DNA of 64,000 nt, taken from Owenia fusiformis. Taxonomy: Eukaryota. The notes under the pieces are model-generated. The model did no database searches. It was not told the origin of the DNA and saw only the letters and a list, made by a program, of their open reading frames with translations. This document shows, in pieces, positions 63,784-64,000 of the stretch. The DNA is taken from positions 21,700,001 through 21,764,000 of the forward strand of contig CAIIXF020000001.1 of assembly GCA_903813345.2 (NCBI GenBank), in the 5' to 3' direction. Both the position numbers and the translations under genes were made by a program. The number at the start of each line of letters is the position of its first letter. The first letter of the stretch is position 1.

Positions 63784-64000
63784 GTATGTATATGTTATAC
63801 ACTGCATACCCCATACGTTTCACAATGAATTCTACACATCGTCCATTCTTTTAAACACTCAGCAATTTTGTGAAAGATAATTTTGTACTTATATCACTTT
63901 TTATCGGCAAAATATGATCTGATTATCAATTGTTGCTATATGTTCATAATAATCCAAATTACTCACATGTACTGTCCATAATAATCCAAATTACTTACAG

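Noticed and set aside
1-64000. tRNA, rRNA or snRNA genes
   Set aside because: None recognised by eye; a covariance-model scan (tRNAscan-SE, Infernal/Rfam) is needed to exclude them.

Overview
AT-rich, intron-rich animal genomic DNA, probably a lophotrochozoan such as a mollusc (inferred from gene content and repeat types; not provable here). Read by hand with GT-AG junctions, the window contains: (1) a complete 7-coding-exon EXTL3/botv heparan-sulfate GlcNAc-transferase gene (+, 3018-18352, 968 aa); (2) an antisense tandem array of camello/NAT8-like GNAT acetyltransferases (3 intact, 1 pseudogene) nested in its 10.2-kb last intron; (3) a two-exon type II membrane Stf0/NodH-like sulfotransferase directly downstream; (4) a 6-exon CD20/MS4A-like four-TM gene (-); (5) a divergent, multi-exon CCDC60-like gene (+) that runs off the right edge. 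Three copies of a non-autonomous Helentron-type element (HINE/DINE-like) carry an internal ~136-bp satellite. One copy has a young, 5'-truncated L1/Tx1 retrotransposon inserted in its terminal hairpin module, with a 15-bp TSD. MITEs, foldback palindromes and minisatellites are abundant, and several tandem repeats duplicate real splice sites. The best candidates for new biology are the Tx1-in-HINE targeting, the EXTL3/NAT/sulfotransferase neighbourhood, and the splice-site-amplifying repeats. Family assignments come from recalled motifs, not database searches.
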